From NCBI RefSeq assembly GCF_018977255.1, contig NW_024704742.1, positions 77,750,001 to 77,814,000 on the forward strand: a DNA stretch of 64,000 nt, written 5' to 3'. The translations under genes were made by a program, and so were the position numbers. The notes below the pieces were generated by a model. The model saw nothing but the letters and a program-made list of their open reading frames with translations, did not search any database and was not told the origin of the DNA. Source of the DNA: Callorhinchus milii (taxonomy: Eukaryota). Positions 12,202 to 23,615 of this stretch are shown one piece after another; the stretch's first letter is position 1; every line of letters begins with the position of its first letter.

Positions 12202-12315
12202 TTCTTGTATTTGATATCGAGCCTTATCACGTTGTTGAGATGCCTCAAAGCGCTTTACAGGATAAACTGTAAAGTGGTGAGACTGCCTATATATTTTGTG
12301 GATGAAATATCTGCC
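12202..12315 (-). mobile_element. SINE 3' fragment
   Basis: cttgtatttgatatc..ccttatcacg..ctcaaagcgctttacagg. Confidence 0.75.
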
Positions 12316-12339
12316 CACATATATGTATGTAATGAGGAA

Positions 12340-13247
12340 ATGGTGGGAGTCTGTTTTCAAGTTTTGACGCAAGAAAATAAAAGTTCATTAAACGTCTTGT
12401 TAGACATCTTGTTGGATAAAAGTATTCATGTAATTGATGGAACCATCGCTCAATGGGAAGGAACTTCTACCCAAGCTGCAGACAGGAATATGGTGGCAAT
12501 GCTCTTCATGCATTTATTGCTGAGATGCGTTGCCCACCAAAAAGCTTGCAGGGAGTTTCTTGCATGTGCCATCCACCCATCCACCCAGTGTGGGCGCACA
12601 CCATGCTTGTCGGATGTCAAACGACCAACCAGTGACTATCCTCCTGAGTAGTGGGCGGGGTTGGGGAGTGGGTGGTAAGTGGGGTCTTTTTTGAGCTGAA
12701 CTGGCTCCAAGGTGACATGCCTGGCAACAGAATGACAGAATTGAGCCAACCCTCTGTGGCAGTCTCAGTAGTCCGGGTCCTGAGCCAGGCATGTCCACAG
12801 TATTCTAGGGCACTGCAGCACAGCAGCCTGGCTCATCGGCAGGATCTGGAAGGGCAGACCAGTCATTGGGGGCATGAGTAATCCCACTTAGCTCCTGGTA
12901 AACCAAAGCCCTAATGGGTAGGGTGGTTCAAGCTGGACAAGCAGCAGGAAAGCTTGCCAGACAGCAATATCAATGGCAAGTTATGCCCTTTTAGCTGGTT
13001 AGACTCCAGCAGTACCCCAATGTATACTCTGGGGTCTTGCCAACCTGAGCCTAATACTTTTCAGAATTAGGTAAGCAGGATGCGTTCCTCCAGGGAGAGA
13101 GTGCACATTCCATTCCAATAATATATCTCTGGAATTTCCATTTGTAGGTGGGATGCATGGAAATCTCAGCACATTTTGGATAATCTTAAGCATGGTGATT
13201 GGTTCCACATGTGTCAGACACCCAGCTGCCCCCCCCCAAAAAAAAAA
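12340..13247 (+). mobile_element. Longest family X copy; putative RLE-type non-LTR retrotransposon 3' end
   Basis: Decayed LDILLDKSIHVIDGTIA motif, then ~600 bp shared with other X copies, ending cagctgc(c)n(A)10. Confidence 0.7.
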
Positions 13248-13551
13248 TCCATAGATTTATTACCTTGTCAAAATCTGTTTGTTTCACGTGAGTGAAATTT
13301 CCATATAAATTTCCCTGTCTGTGTCGAGTGGAATACGCATGTAGAATTTCATAAAAGGATCCTAGAGTCTAGTAAAGAAAGGATTTCTTGACAAATCAGC
13401 CTGGAATAGATTTTTTTATGTGTCCTACAAATGAAGTCAGATTCTGTAAGAAATGAATACCGATGTGTAATTACTGCTATTTAAACATGGATAGGAATAG
13501 AATTTTATATACATATACACTGTATTTCCACGTATGTGTTTGTCCTTCCAG

Positions 13552-13640
13552 AGCCTTCTGGTATCTTTGTGAAAAGCATTACCCAAAGAAGTGCAGTTGA
13601 GCAGGATGGTCGAATACATGTTGGTGACCAGATTATAGCA
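13552..13640 (+). CDS. MPDZ: MPDZ exon, PDZ3 middle: EPSGIFVKSITQRSAVEQDGRIHVGDQIIA
   Basis: ttccag| acceptor, GCA|gtaagt donor; 89 nt, phase 1-0. Confidence 0.96.
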
Positions 13641-13907
13641 GTAAGTAGAATTTTAATATTCTTCTGTCTCCAAATACAAATCTAAAATTGAAACAAGGAC
13701 TGCAGTGGAATCTTGATTATGATTCATAATGGAGGGGCCTTCAGCAGATAATTGTTATTGGCGGGTGATCAAGGTATCACAGTACTGTATATCTGTGTAA
13801 GAATATTTTTTTATGTTGCTCAATACTGCTTTTGTGCTTCACTGATTACCCCGATGCAGCTCCCATTGTGTTGAGTCAGTCAGGGAGCTGAGCAGAACAG
13901 GGAATGT

Positions 13908-14590
13908 TATACAATACAAATTACACTTGTATAGAGCCTTTCACATCGGGAGGACATCCCAAGACGCTGCATAGTCAGGGATTTGGACCCGAGCTGGTGG
14001 TCGGGATCGTGGAGGGTAGGAGGGTGGCTGAAGAGGAGGGTTTTGAGATGCACCTTGAAGGATGCAAGGGAGTGAGGTGAAGGGAATGTGGGATGGAGTT
14101 CCATAAGATGGGGGCAGAAAGGCTGGAGGCCCAGCCGACCATGGTCGGGCTGGCCGGGTGGGGGACGTGAAGCAGGCCAGAGCCTGCTGAACAGAGGGAC
14201 TGGATAGGTTGATATAGCGTCAGCAGGTCACAGAGGTAGGGAGGGGCAAGGCTGTGGAGGGCCTTGAAGGCGAGGTTGAGGATTTTGAACTCTTATCTGT
14301 TGGATGAGGAGCCAGTGGAGCAAGGCGACGGGGGTGGGCGGTGACAGTGTCGTGGAGCCTGGTGGGGGAGAGGACACAAGCTGCAAAATTCTGGATGATC
14401 CGCAGCTTATGGAGGGAAGATTTGGAAGGCTGACAAGCAGGGAGTTGGCGTAGTCAAGCCTGGATGTGATGAATGCGTGGATGAGGGTTTCGGCGGCCTG
14501 AGGGGTAAGGCAGTGGCAGAGTCGGGTGATGTTGCGCAAGTGGGGGAAGGCAGAGCAGGTCATGGCACGGATGTGGGTAGAAAGGACAGT
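13908..14590 (-). mobile_element. L2 LINE 3' fragment
   Basis: AFPHLRNITRL..TLIHAFITSRLDYANSLL on the minus strand, plus L2 tail. Confidence 0.93.
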
Positions 14591-15005
14591 TATAGTAGAT
14601 AGTCAGAAAGGGCGTTAATGAAAATTCACATTTTCCTGAGATAGTGTGAAAGAAAACATAAGGTAGAATTAAGAGCTTGAATGTTTGAGCTTAGGCCTCT
14701 TTGTTCCCTGGTCTGTCTGGGACAGTATTCCTTCCTGAAGCCACAAAGAGAGCTTGCTGGTAGCTTGGACACCCCCTTGATGTGGCACCAGTTTTACCCT
14801 CTCTCTAGTACAACCCAAAGGCCCACTGTAGCTGCCTTCCACACACCCAGTTTTCAGAGTCCGTTACAATACTCAAAGCTGAATCCTACTCTGGTTTGCA
14901 AAACCTTATCTACCAAGCTCATTTTATCTTTAAAAGTATCATTTAGATAGACTTTTAATCCTGGTTTGGGGTCATTTTTGCCATTAATATATTTTTTTCC
15001 ACTAG

Positions 15006-15201
15006 GTGGATGGGACAAACATTCAGGGTTTCACTAACCAGCAAGCAGTGGAAGTTTTGCGTCATACAGGTCAAAGGGTGTATCTCATCCTGATGCGAAG
15101 AAGACTCAAACCAGAAGCTATAGCACAGTCTGAGGATAAAGAAAGTGCAAAATCTGAGAAGGATGAAAATGAACTTAAAATTGGTGATGGACCAGCTCCA
15201 G
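15006..15201 (+). CDS. MPDZ: MPDZ exon, PDZ3 end: VDGTNIQGFTNQQAVEVLRHTGQ...GDGPAP
   Basis: actag| acceptor, G|gtacac donor; 196 nt, phase 0-1. Confidence 0.93.
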
Positions 15202-15795
15202 GTACACTGAGAGTCCCAGTTGCTTCCTGTGTTTTCCTATGCAGGCTCTATGACTCTAATTTTTTCAATCACTTCTCAATACTCCAAATCATGATGACTA
15301 TATAAAATATGGGTAATATGAAGAAATCATATTGAATAAAGAGGGCGGGCAAAGAAATGAAAAGACATGTAAAATTAAAATGTTTCTATTCAAAATGAGT
15401 TTTGTATAATTGTGAATTTTTTAAACTTCTCAAACAAGAATGCACTGAAATTGACATATTTGCTGGCAATTGGAGTATTATTTATGGGTTCTGTATGACT
15501 CGTGAACCTTCTTTCAAGCTAGGGGTCCTGTACTGTTGTTTGACTCAAGTACAAGTGTTAAATTTAGGCAATTAAATATGACATGAACATATCAACAACA
15601 ACAACAACAACATATCAGTGTTAATGTACTAAAATTGAGACTGTAGGTGTCAAATGGCAGTGATTGATGGATAAGAAGATGTTTGTACTAGTTATGTAGG
15701 TTTTCTTCTCTCTTTCCTCCACCTAGTCCCTACCAATAATAATAATCCTTGCATTTGATATAACGCCTTATCACATCTTCGAAATCTCTCAAAGT

Positions 15796-16115
15796 GGAGT
15801 CCTGTAGCTCAGTGGTTAGAGCGCTCGCTTTAGAAGCGAGAGACCTGAGTTCAATTCCAGGCAGAGGGTGAAACCTTGGGGAAGTTTCCTTACTCCACAC
15901 GCATAATAATAATCCCTCCAAAACCCAAAACAATAATAAATTGGTCATTTTCAATCTACGACTGTTTGTGGGACATTGCTGTGCGCAATTGGCTGCCGCG
16001 TTCGCCCACAAATATACAGTCAATTCACTTTACAGTGTGTGTTCTGTGAAGCGCTTTGGGACGTCCTCCCGACGTGAAAAGCGCTATATCAAATGCAAGG
16101 ATTATTATTATTATT
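15796..16115 (+). mobile_element. Young complete tRNA-derived SINE inserted into an opposite-strand SINE tail (15736-15795)
   Basis: tagctcagtggttagagcg A box, gagttcaattcc B box, L2-like tail, (att)n end; very similar to rc of 34299-34625. Confidence 0.93.
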
Positions 16116-16358
16116 TATTAAAATACTTCACAGATTAAGTATTCAGTATTGCTGTCAACTCGCAAAATCCATCAGTGAAGACAATTGAGTTTTAACAATT
16201 TAAGACCTTTTTAGCCTAGTGATTTATTAAAGTTGCTGAGCTATACATTTCCTGTAATTCCATGGCACGCTGTATGTGCAAACTACCACTGCTGTGTCAC
16301 CTTTTTGATTTCTTCATTCTTGTGCTTAATCTGAAGTAATTTATTGATCTATTTACAG

Positions 16359-16460
16359 CAGTATCTGATACTAATGAAGAGCCAATACCATTACCCATGA
16401 AAGTGTCCAATGCTACTCCAGTTACTGATCGTGAAGATCAAGATGAGGTTCCCGATGGAG
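16359..16460 (+). CDS. MPDZ: MPDZ linker exon: (A)VSDTNEEPIPLPMKVSNATPVTDREDQDEVPDG
   Basis: tttacagcag tandem acceptor, G|gtaaac donor; 102 nt open, phase 1-1, fits flanking exons; low sequence conservation. Confidence 0.8.
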
Positions 16461-16679
16461 GTAAACAGAATTTCTGCTTTTTGAATATTTTTAAAAATAT
16501 TCATTAGTATTTTTTAGAAGTAAATTTAGGTAAATTTGATCTCCCCTTCTCACTTGAGGGTATTGATTTATACTAGTGTTGGATCAGTACCTCAGGAACC
16601 TTACCCATATATGAACCCAAATATCAAACAGTTGCACTAATCATTGCTGGAATATGATACGCTAGAATATCTCCAAGTA

Positions 16680-17065
16680 CTGATCTCTATCCTGCCCATT
16701 CCCCTCCAAGATACCGCAGTGCTTCGTCACCTCCCAGTTCCGCTCCTTGCTCTCCCAACATTCCACATAGGAGTACTTCCAAGCTGGCTTCTGCCTGCCC
16801 AAAGGATTGAGACAGACCTGATCTAAGCCATAAATAACCAAGGCTTACTGTGACTCCTTGTCCTTTTGCTCTACCCACCACTTTGACACCGTTGAATCGT
16901 CCTTCCTCTTCCACTTTCCATTGTCTCTCCTCCATGGTACATCTCTGATTGTGTTTTCTCTGGTTTCATTTCTACCTTCATCAGTATGTCTCCTCTAATG
17001 GCTTTATCTGCCTCTGCATGATCAGGGCTGTGTGCATTCTTGGTCCTCTCATTTTCCTTATCTAA
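16680..17065 (+). mobile_element. Old decayed L2 RT fragment
   Basis: ctttgacaccgttgaatc, ctggtttcatttctacc, cttggtcctctcattttcct correspond to degenerate FDTV, WF.SY and LGPL.F motifs. Confidence 0.6.
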
Positions 17066-17409
17066 ATCAATGTAGTGCTTATACGGTGAATCAACTTGCA
17101 ACATTAATGGATGCACAATAATTTCATGTGTGATTATTTTGAACAAAGCTGTGAATACTGATCTGTTAAAACAAGACAGAATTGTTCTCATTTGGAAATG
17201 AATCTTGTCAGCAAAAATATGAGAATTGTGTTAGAAAACATTAGATTCCAATCATTAAAAGATTTCAATATTTAAAATAATTTAGGCTCTTGGAATGAAT
17301 TAACTGAATTTCAATGCCTTTTTTATTCTCAACAAACAATTATTTTATAAATTGGGATGTGTTCAGTGAATCAAAGACGCTAAACCATTGCTTTACTTCC
17401 ATCTGCCAG

Positions 17410-17489
17410 GCTTTCAGCTTAGTACATCAGAAGAGGAAAATATACGTACAAAATGGCAGCAGAATTTAGGAGTCACCTATGAAATTGTG
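17410..17489 (+). CDS. MPDZ: MPDZ exon before PDZ4: GFQLSTSEEENIRTKWQQNLGVTYEIV
   Basis: tgccag| acceptor, GTG|gtaggt donor; 80 nt, phase 1-0; resembles TKWQRIMGINYEIV. Confidence 0.93.
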
Positions 17490-17978
17490 GTAGGTAAACT
17501 ATAAATGATACAGATTTAGTTGTTAAATTGGTAATGGATATCAAACTATTATAATCTGTCAGACTATAAGGAATCCTTTCTGAAGATAACTTTTGCACCC
17601 ATTAAATTGTATTGACTAGGACCTACATTTCTTTGGCGGTTTGCATAACGCCTACCCTAACCAGATTTTTCTGTGTTTGCAGTTTGGATACGTTAACAAC
17701 AGAAGGTGCTTTTTAAAATAACTGGGAATTGATCGTCCAAATAAATTAAAACTTTACAGAAGTCGTATAACATGACTGGGTACTTTGCACCCACATCAGT
17801 CACCTTTCAGATAACTTCAGATATCGTGCATAACTATATTGCTAAACTGGTTCACAATGGGTTAATAAAATGATAAATTATTTTTCAATATTTCGTTATG
17901 TTTTCTGTGGATAAAAATATAATATTGTTGAATAAATCAACTATTAAGATTGATTTGGAATTGTTCTTTTGTGTTCAG

Positions 17979-18125
17979 GTGACTCACGTTATAAAGTTCA
18001 GTGAAAGCAGTGGTCTAGGCATAAGTTTGGAAGCCACAGTCGGGCATCACTATATTCGCTCCATCCTGCCTGAGGGACCTGTGGGACTTAACGGTAAAAT
18101 ATACAGTGGAGATGAACTATTGGAG
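17979..18125 (+). CDS. MPDZ: MPDZ exon, PDZ4: VTHVIKFSESSGLGISLEATVGHHYIRSILPEGPVG...GDELLE (GC donor)
   Basis: ttcag| acceptor, GAG|gcaagt donor; 147 nt, phase 0-0. Confidence 0.95.
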
Positions 18126-18859
18126 GCAAGTTTCAATTTGACTTATCCTGTTCTCTCTGTGCCTTAACTTGTCATTAAGTGTACTTCATGTAATAGTAAT
18201 CCAAAATGTAAGTGTAGTGTTGGCTACTTTTCTTTAAAGAATTGTCCATTTTTCTTTGAAGAACAAATATAATTGATCACATTACAAACATTTCAGAATG
18301 GCTAAGGAAGTTTTTTTGTCACTTCTATGCTGTACAGCTATAGTTTTTTACTCTGGTGTTTAGAAACCAGCTCTAAACTGTCGTGTTCTGCCCATGTCGG
18401 ACAGGCACCTGTTCTTCAGGAAGGAATACAACCTGGCTCAAAATAGCTCAGGAAGAAAAACAGAAAGTGGCCTTGATCACTGCTTGCTTTCCCACACTAT
18501 TGATGTAGTATCTGACAGTGCTCACAGAATGATCATTGGGGAATCATATTTTTTATTTTGCAAATTAATGAAAAAACGTCTTTTCAGATGGCGGACTGAT
18601 GAAGTCTATCAAGGAATCTTATTTTTTAGTTTTCTCTAACTGATGATTGGCTATTTATCAGGAAAGACTGTTTTTTCTTATGCAGGTACTGTTTTTCACA
18701 GATTTGTAGAACTATCTGCATTTTGTAGTCATAGAAAATATTAGTTTGGAGGTTTGATCTTGTCTTGACAATGATTTTGATCATTACCACATTTGGCTTG
18801 TGACCTCCAATATTACCATCTCTTGCTTTCTGTGACAAAACCCCCAAACTCTTTGCCGC

Positions 18860-19766
18860 AAATCATTTCCGCCATTCATTCTCCTTCCTTACAGCTTTGG
18901 TCAAAGTGACAAAGGACGTCCTGTCCATCTGTGACCGGGGTTCCCTCTGTCCCTTGTCTCCTTGAACTCTCTGCTGCCTTTGACACTGTTGACCACTCTA
19001 TCTTCCATCACTGCCTCTCCTCTCACCTCAGCCTTCATGGTCCTGTCCTTGACTGGTTCAGATCCTACCTTTCATGTTGTCTCCACTTTATCTCCACAAC
19101 CAGCTTTTCCTCCAGCCACCACACCGTCTCATGGGGCGTTCCTCAGGGCTCTGTCCTTGGTCCCCTCCTCTTCAATATCTACATGCTCCCTCTTGGTGAT
19201 ATCATCCGCAGACATGAGGTCAGCTTCCACATGTATGCGGATGACACCCAACTCTATTTCTCTGCCTCCACCCTTGACTGTCAGACACCAAGTCCTGGAT
19301 GAGAGCTAACTTTCTCCAGTTGAATGTCAACAAGAATGAGGCCCTCCCGATTGGCTCCCATCAGCGCCTCCACACCTCAGGCACTGGCAACATCACCATC
19401 CATGGATGCACAATCCACCTCACGGAGACAATCCAGAAACTTGGCCCAAAACACAAAATTCTGCAGATGTTGGATTCTGAAACAAAAACAGAAAGAGCTG
19501 AGAAAACGCAGCAGGTCAGGCAGCATCTACGGAGAAAGGAAAGTGTGTCAACGTTTCGGGTCTACGACCCTTCATCAGAAACTTGGCATCTTGTTTGACC
19601 CTCAACTTCCATATCATGACACCCTCTGCCTTCTCCCACCTCCACCACTGCTTCTTCCCTTAAGCTGCTGAAACCCTCATCCATGCTTTTATATATTATA
19701 ATGTAATATAATCCTTGGAGACACTACAGTGCATGAAGGGTGCTATATAAATGCAAATTGTTGTTG
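18860..19766 (+). mobile_element. L2 fragment (RT) carrying a Penelope-type insertion
   Basis: [31 protein letters not shown] in ORF 18931-19302. Confidence 0.92.
19446..19578 (-). mobile_element. Penelope-type terminal-repeat fragment with hammerhead-like core, flanked by a 12-bp direct repeat
   Basis: cagaaacttggc at 19434-19445 and 19576-19587; minus strand CTGATGA-A-GGGTC-gta-GACCC-GAAA-CGTT. Confidence 0.75.
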
Positions 19767-20388
19767 TAAATTTTGAAAGCTGGGTGTACTCAAGAATGTA
19801 GACTTTTATGCCTGACTTAACAGTGAGGCCAGCTTGGATGGAACGTTACAACACCAATTACTTGTTTCTCAAGGTGCCATTGCCTCTTAAAGTTAAACAG
19901 ATTACGTAATATGAAAAATCTTATAAATATGATCAAGAATAATGTTTTGCTCGTATACCCAAAATAAAACAAGATTAGTGAAATGAGTTTCACCTTTTCT
20001 TGCATCATGACTAGTGAAAATGAATGTATCCTCCGGATCAATTCACATTTTTACGTGATTTTCCGTTACCAACATAATCTAAATTGATAATCTCTTAGTA
20101 TATCTTTAAGTGTGTCCAACTTTTTATTTGAAATGGGAAACTGATAAGATCAAATAACTTGTATTTTATTAATTATCCTTCTTTCAGCAAGAGATCCATT
20201 TGAGTGAATTTTCTCTTTCCCTTACAGAATGTCTGACATTGGTAACCTTGAAGGATTCTTCATGTAGTATTACTTGTATCGGCTAGAATTAAATATTTGT
20301 AGGAAAAACAATATTTCAACTGAAAAATCAATATGCTGTGCAATGTAATTAAAAACTAATTTGAAAATTTACTTCCACTTTATTTTAG

Positions 20389-20547
20389 GTGAATGGAACA
20401 CAACTCCTTGGTCAAAATCACAAGGATGTTGTCAGTATTCTGAAGGAGTTGCCAGTCAATGTCATAATGGTCTGCTGTCGGCTTGTGCTTCAGACTGATA
20501 GAGATAACATGAGCTTCACAGAAGAGCCCATTCAGTCAGCAGAAGAG
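20389..20547 (+). CDS. MPDZ: MPDZ exon, PDZ4 end: VNGTQLLGQNHKDVVSILKELPVNVIMVCCR...QSAEE
   Basis: ttttag| acceptor, GAG|gtattc donor; 159 nt, phase 0-0. Confidence 0.94.
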
Positions 20548-20954
20548 GTATTCATGAGCTCTAACTCATTTCATATGTGTGGTATTAATTATTGAAAATG
20601 TGATTATGCAAGTTCTCCTAATTGGAGAGATGCTTAGTTTAACTATTAACATTACTTTTATTACGTTTTACGTTTATTTTTACCAGTTTTGCGTGTTTTT
20701 ATTGCAAATTTATTGTGGTACTAATAGATTAGATTATAACAGACATGCATTTATTAAGACCAGGATTTTGTGTTTAACAGTTGGTAAAAGATAATTCTTT
20801 CCTTCCTAAACATGTAATTAATTACAGAAATTGTAAAAATATGATTGGGACTTTCCTTTCTATTTGTTCCTTCAAATGAAGTGAGGATCACTTTGTGATT
20901 AAAAGAATATAGAAATGTAGGATGTTGTTATTAAAGTTTAGATAATTCCTCAAG

Positions 20955-21125
20955 TAAAATTGGTCATTAATTATGTGGCTGTCTGTGGGACATTGCTTTG
21001 TGCAAATTGGCTGCTGAGTTCGCCCACCAAAACACAATCATTGTACTTTACAGTATATCATATGAAGCGTTTTGGGCTGTTCTCCCAACGTGAAAGGTGC
21101 TACACCAAATATAAAGATTAATAAT
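20955..21125 (+). mobile_element. SINE 3' part
   Basis: tgtgggacattgc..caaattggctgc..aagcgttttggg..gtgaaaggtgctac. Confidence 0.8.
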
Positions 21126-21342
21126 TGTAAATGGGACACTGAAATTAAACAGAAAGTGAAGAAGCCTGAATTTATTAAAAGGATAACATTAATATACAGT
21201 AATTATTTTTAATTAGAAATATGAAATTAGCAGGATAAATGTCTGGAGCCCTTTAAATATTCTTTAGTTCCTTCCCTCCCTCAAAATGAAAGGATACACG
21301 TTGCAGTGAGGCCATTTATACAATATATTAATTCTCCTTGAC

Positions 21343-21605
21343 TATGTGGTAATTTTAGCTGATCAGACTCCTGCATTAACCCAACGCACACTCTGGCTTT
21401 TACCAACCTGCACCTAATACTTTCGGGAATTAGGTAAGCAGGATGTGTCCCTCCGGGTCAAAAGTGTGCATTCCATTCCAACAGTCTATCTCTGGAATTT
21501 CCATGTGTAGGTGGGATGCATGGAATTCTCAGTTGGGTTCAGATACTCTTAAGCATGGGGATGAGTTTCCGCAAATGTCAGATACCCAATTGTCCAAATA
21601 AAAAT
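21343..21605 (+). mobile_element. Repeat family X copy (short, 5'-truncated)
   Basis: ggaattaggtaagcaggatg..ctggaatttccatgtgtaggtgggatgcatgg..gtcagatacccaattgtccaaataaaaa. Confidence 0.85.
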
Positions 21606-21835
21606 TGAGATTGGATGCATTTGAAATATCTACAAACTTCTTTTATTTTTCCAGTAATAAAAGATCACCTGAACTGAATGAATTTAGAAGATTATAACCA
21701 AATACCTAGTTTATACCAACTTTCAGCACATTTTAAAGAAACAAAACTAACATTTTCACTTTAGAGAACTGCGTGAAGAATTTGGAAGAACTTGGACATA
21801 TTTTTCTAATGTGCTCCGCTGTCATTATTTTTCAG

Positions 21836-21919
21836 GTGCTTGACTTTGTTCCTTCCTCTGTACCTCCACCTTGGAGTGATGACCAAGAGGTATCAAATAC
21901 CGACCAAGATCTTTTGCAG
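21836..21919 (+). CDS. MPDZ: Candidate extra/cassette MPDZ exon: VLDFVPSSVPPPWSDDQEVSNTDQDLLQ
   Basis: tttttcag| acceptor, CAG|gtataa donor; 84 nt open, phase 0-0; no homology recognised. Confidence 0.55.
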
Positions 21920-21964
21920 GTATAATGTTATTTTTGAATTCAGATCAAATTTGACTTATCTGTA

Positions 21965-22545
21965 TTGAGCATGATCCTAATACCAATCCCTGCAGAACAC
22001 CGCTTCTCTATCTCTTTAGCTTGAGAAGCGACCCTCCTACACTTAATATTTTCTATATTCAAACCAACTTCCAGTCCATTCTATTACCTCTCCCACGACT
22101 GCAATGTCTTGATTTTAATCTTAAGAGCCTTTTATATGCCACCGTATTGAAGGCCTTCCGGAAATCCATGTACACCACATTTCCTATATCGACTTTATTT
22201 GTTACTTCACAAATTCAATAAGGTTCGTCAAGCATGACTTTCCTTTCATAAATCCAGGCTGGCTGCTTTTAAATATATTCTTCTCAGATTAGATATTTCA
22301 TCCTTTGTTATAGACTCTCATACTTTTCCCACCATAGAAGTTAATCTAACTGGCCTGTAATTTTCTGAATTAGCTCTTTTTTTATAAAATGGGTGTTGCA
22401 TTTGCCAGCCTCCAGTTCTCTAGCATCATTCCTTTCTCTATGTAGTTTTTAAATATGTATAATAGTGCCTCAGCTGTCTCCTCCTTTGCTTCTTTAAGTA
22501 TCCTCAGGTTCAGTCCATTTGGACCTGGTGCTTTGTCCTCTTTAA
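21965..22545 (-). mobile_element. Old CR1 RT fragment
   Basis: Minus strand encodes YMDFRKAFN, HGFMKGKS-like, YRPVRL and PGPNGL motifs. Confidence 0.8.
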
Positions 22546-22565
22546 GTTGGTATGATTTATGAAGT

Positions 22566-23038
22566 ATAATAATAATCCATGCATTTGGTATAGCGCCTTA
22601 TCACATTGTCGAGACATCTTAAAAGCGCTTCACAGGATATACTGTAAAATAGATTGACTGTATTTTGTAGGTGAAACGCAGCAGCCAGTTTGCATACAAC
22701 AATGTTCCACAAACAGACATGGAGTGAGTGACCAATTTTATTTGGGCGATTGTTGGCCAGGACACCGGGAGAAATTACTTTCTCTTTTCGAATAGTGCCA
22801 TGGGATCCTTAACATCCACCTGAACAGCAGCAGGACTTTAATTTAACATCTCACCTGAAGGTCGTCGTCTCTGATGATGCAGCACACCCCCAGCACTGCA
22901 TTGGAGTGTTAGCTTAGACTAAGCGATTCCAAGTCTCAATGTGGGACTTGAACCACAACCTTCTGACTCAACAACAACAACAAAGTTACATTTGTATAGC
23001 GCCTTTCACATTGGGAGGATGTCCCAAGGCGCTGGACA
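22566..23038 (-). mobile_element. Deu-type SINE (22566-22968) followed by an L2 tail (22969-23038)
   Basis: aatagtgccatgggatc..ccacctga Deu-like core; gggacttgaaccacaaccttctgactc head. Confidence 0.85.
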
Positions 23039-23422
23039 ATCATTGTTTTGGAAGATTAGAAGTGTGCGTGTGTGCGTGACTCAGAGTGCTCCTTTATGGG
23101 ATAGATCTCCTTTTATCTTAATTGTTGTGATTTAATTCCCTGAACACCTTCTTAGGAACTTAAGCTATTCTGCCTGTCAAGCCTGCTTTACCAATTTATT
23201 GGACAATATGACGTCCAACATGTAACAATCACAAGAACAATGTGTAGCGCAGACTGCAGACTAATCATCACTTTTATTAGATCAAAACAGTTGCCTGTGT
23301 GGCACTATGTCAATGAAAGTGTACAAAATCAATGAAGGATCATTCACAAAAAAGAATCTTTACATTGAGCTTTGAAGTGACGTCCTGATAAAACTGTAGT
23401 TTGAAAGTCAAAGTCACATTTT

Positions 23423-23615
23423 AACAACAACAGCTGAATTTATATAGTGCCCCTTGCGCAGGGTGGCGTCCCAGAGCACATGACAGTGGCGGAGCACAAC
23501 TCCAAGCCGAGGGGAGGGGGCAGGTGACCGTAGGCAAGGTGAAAGAGGAAGTTCTACAGGCAGAACCTGAAAATGGGGAAAGGCGGATGGATAGAGGAGG
23601 AGTGTTCCTGAGTTT
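23423..23615 (-). mobile_element. Older L2 3' tail fragment
   Basis: (aac)n + tttatatagtgccc; similar to 62541-62750. Confidence 0.65.

Noticed and set aside
15796..15870. tRNA gene (also about 9340-9413, 34017-34080, 34550-34625)
   Set aside because: A/B boxes run directly into SINE bodies and tails, so these are SINE heads and not stand-alone tRNAs.
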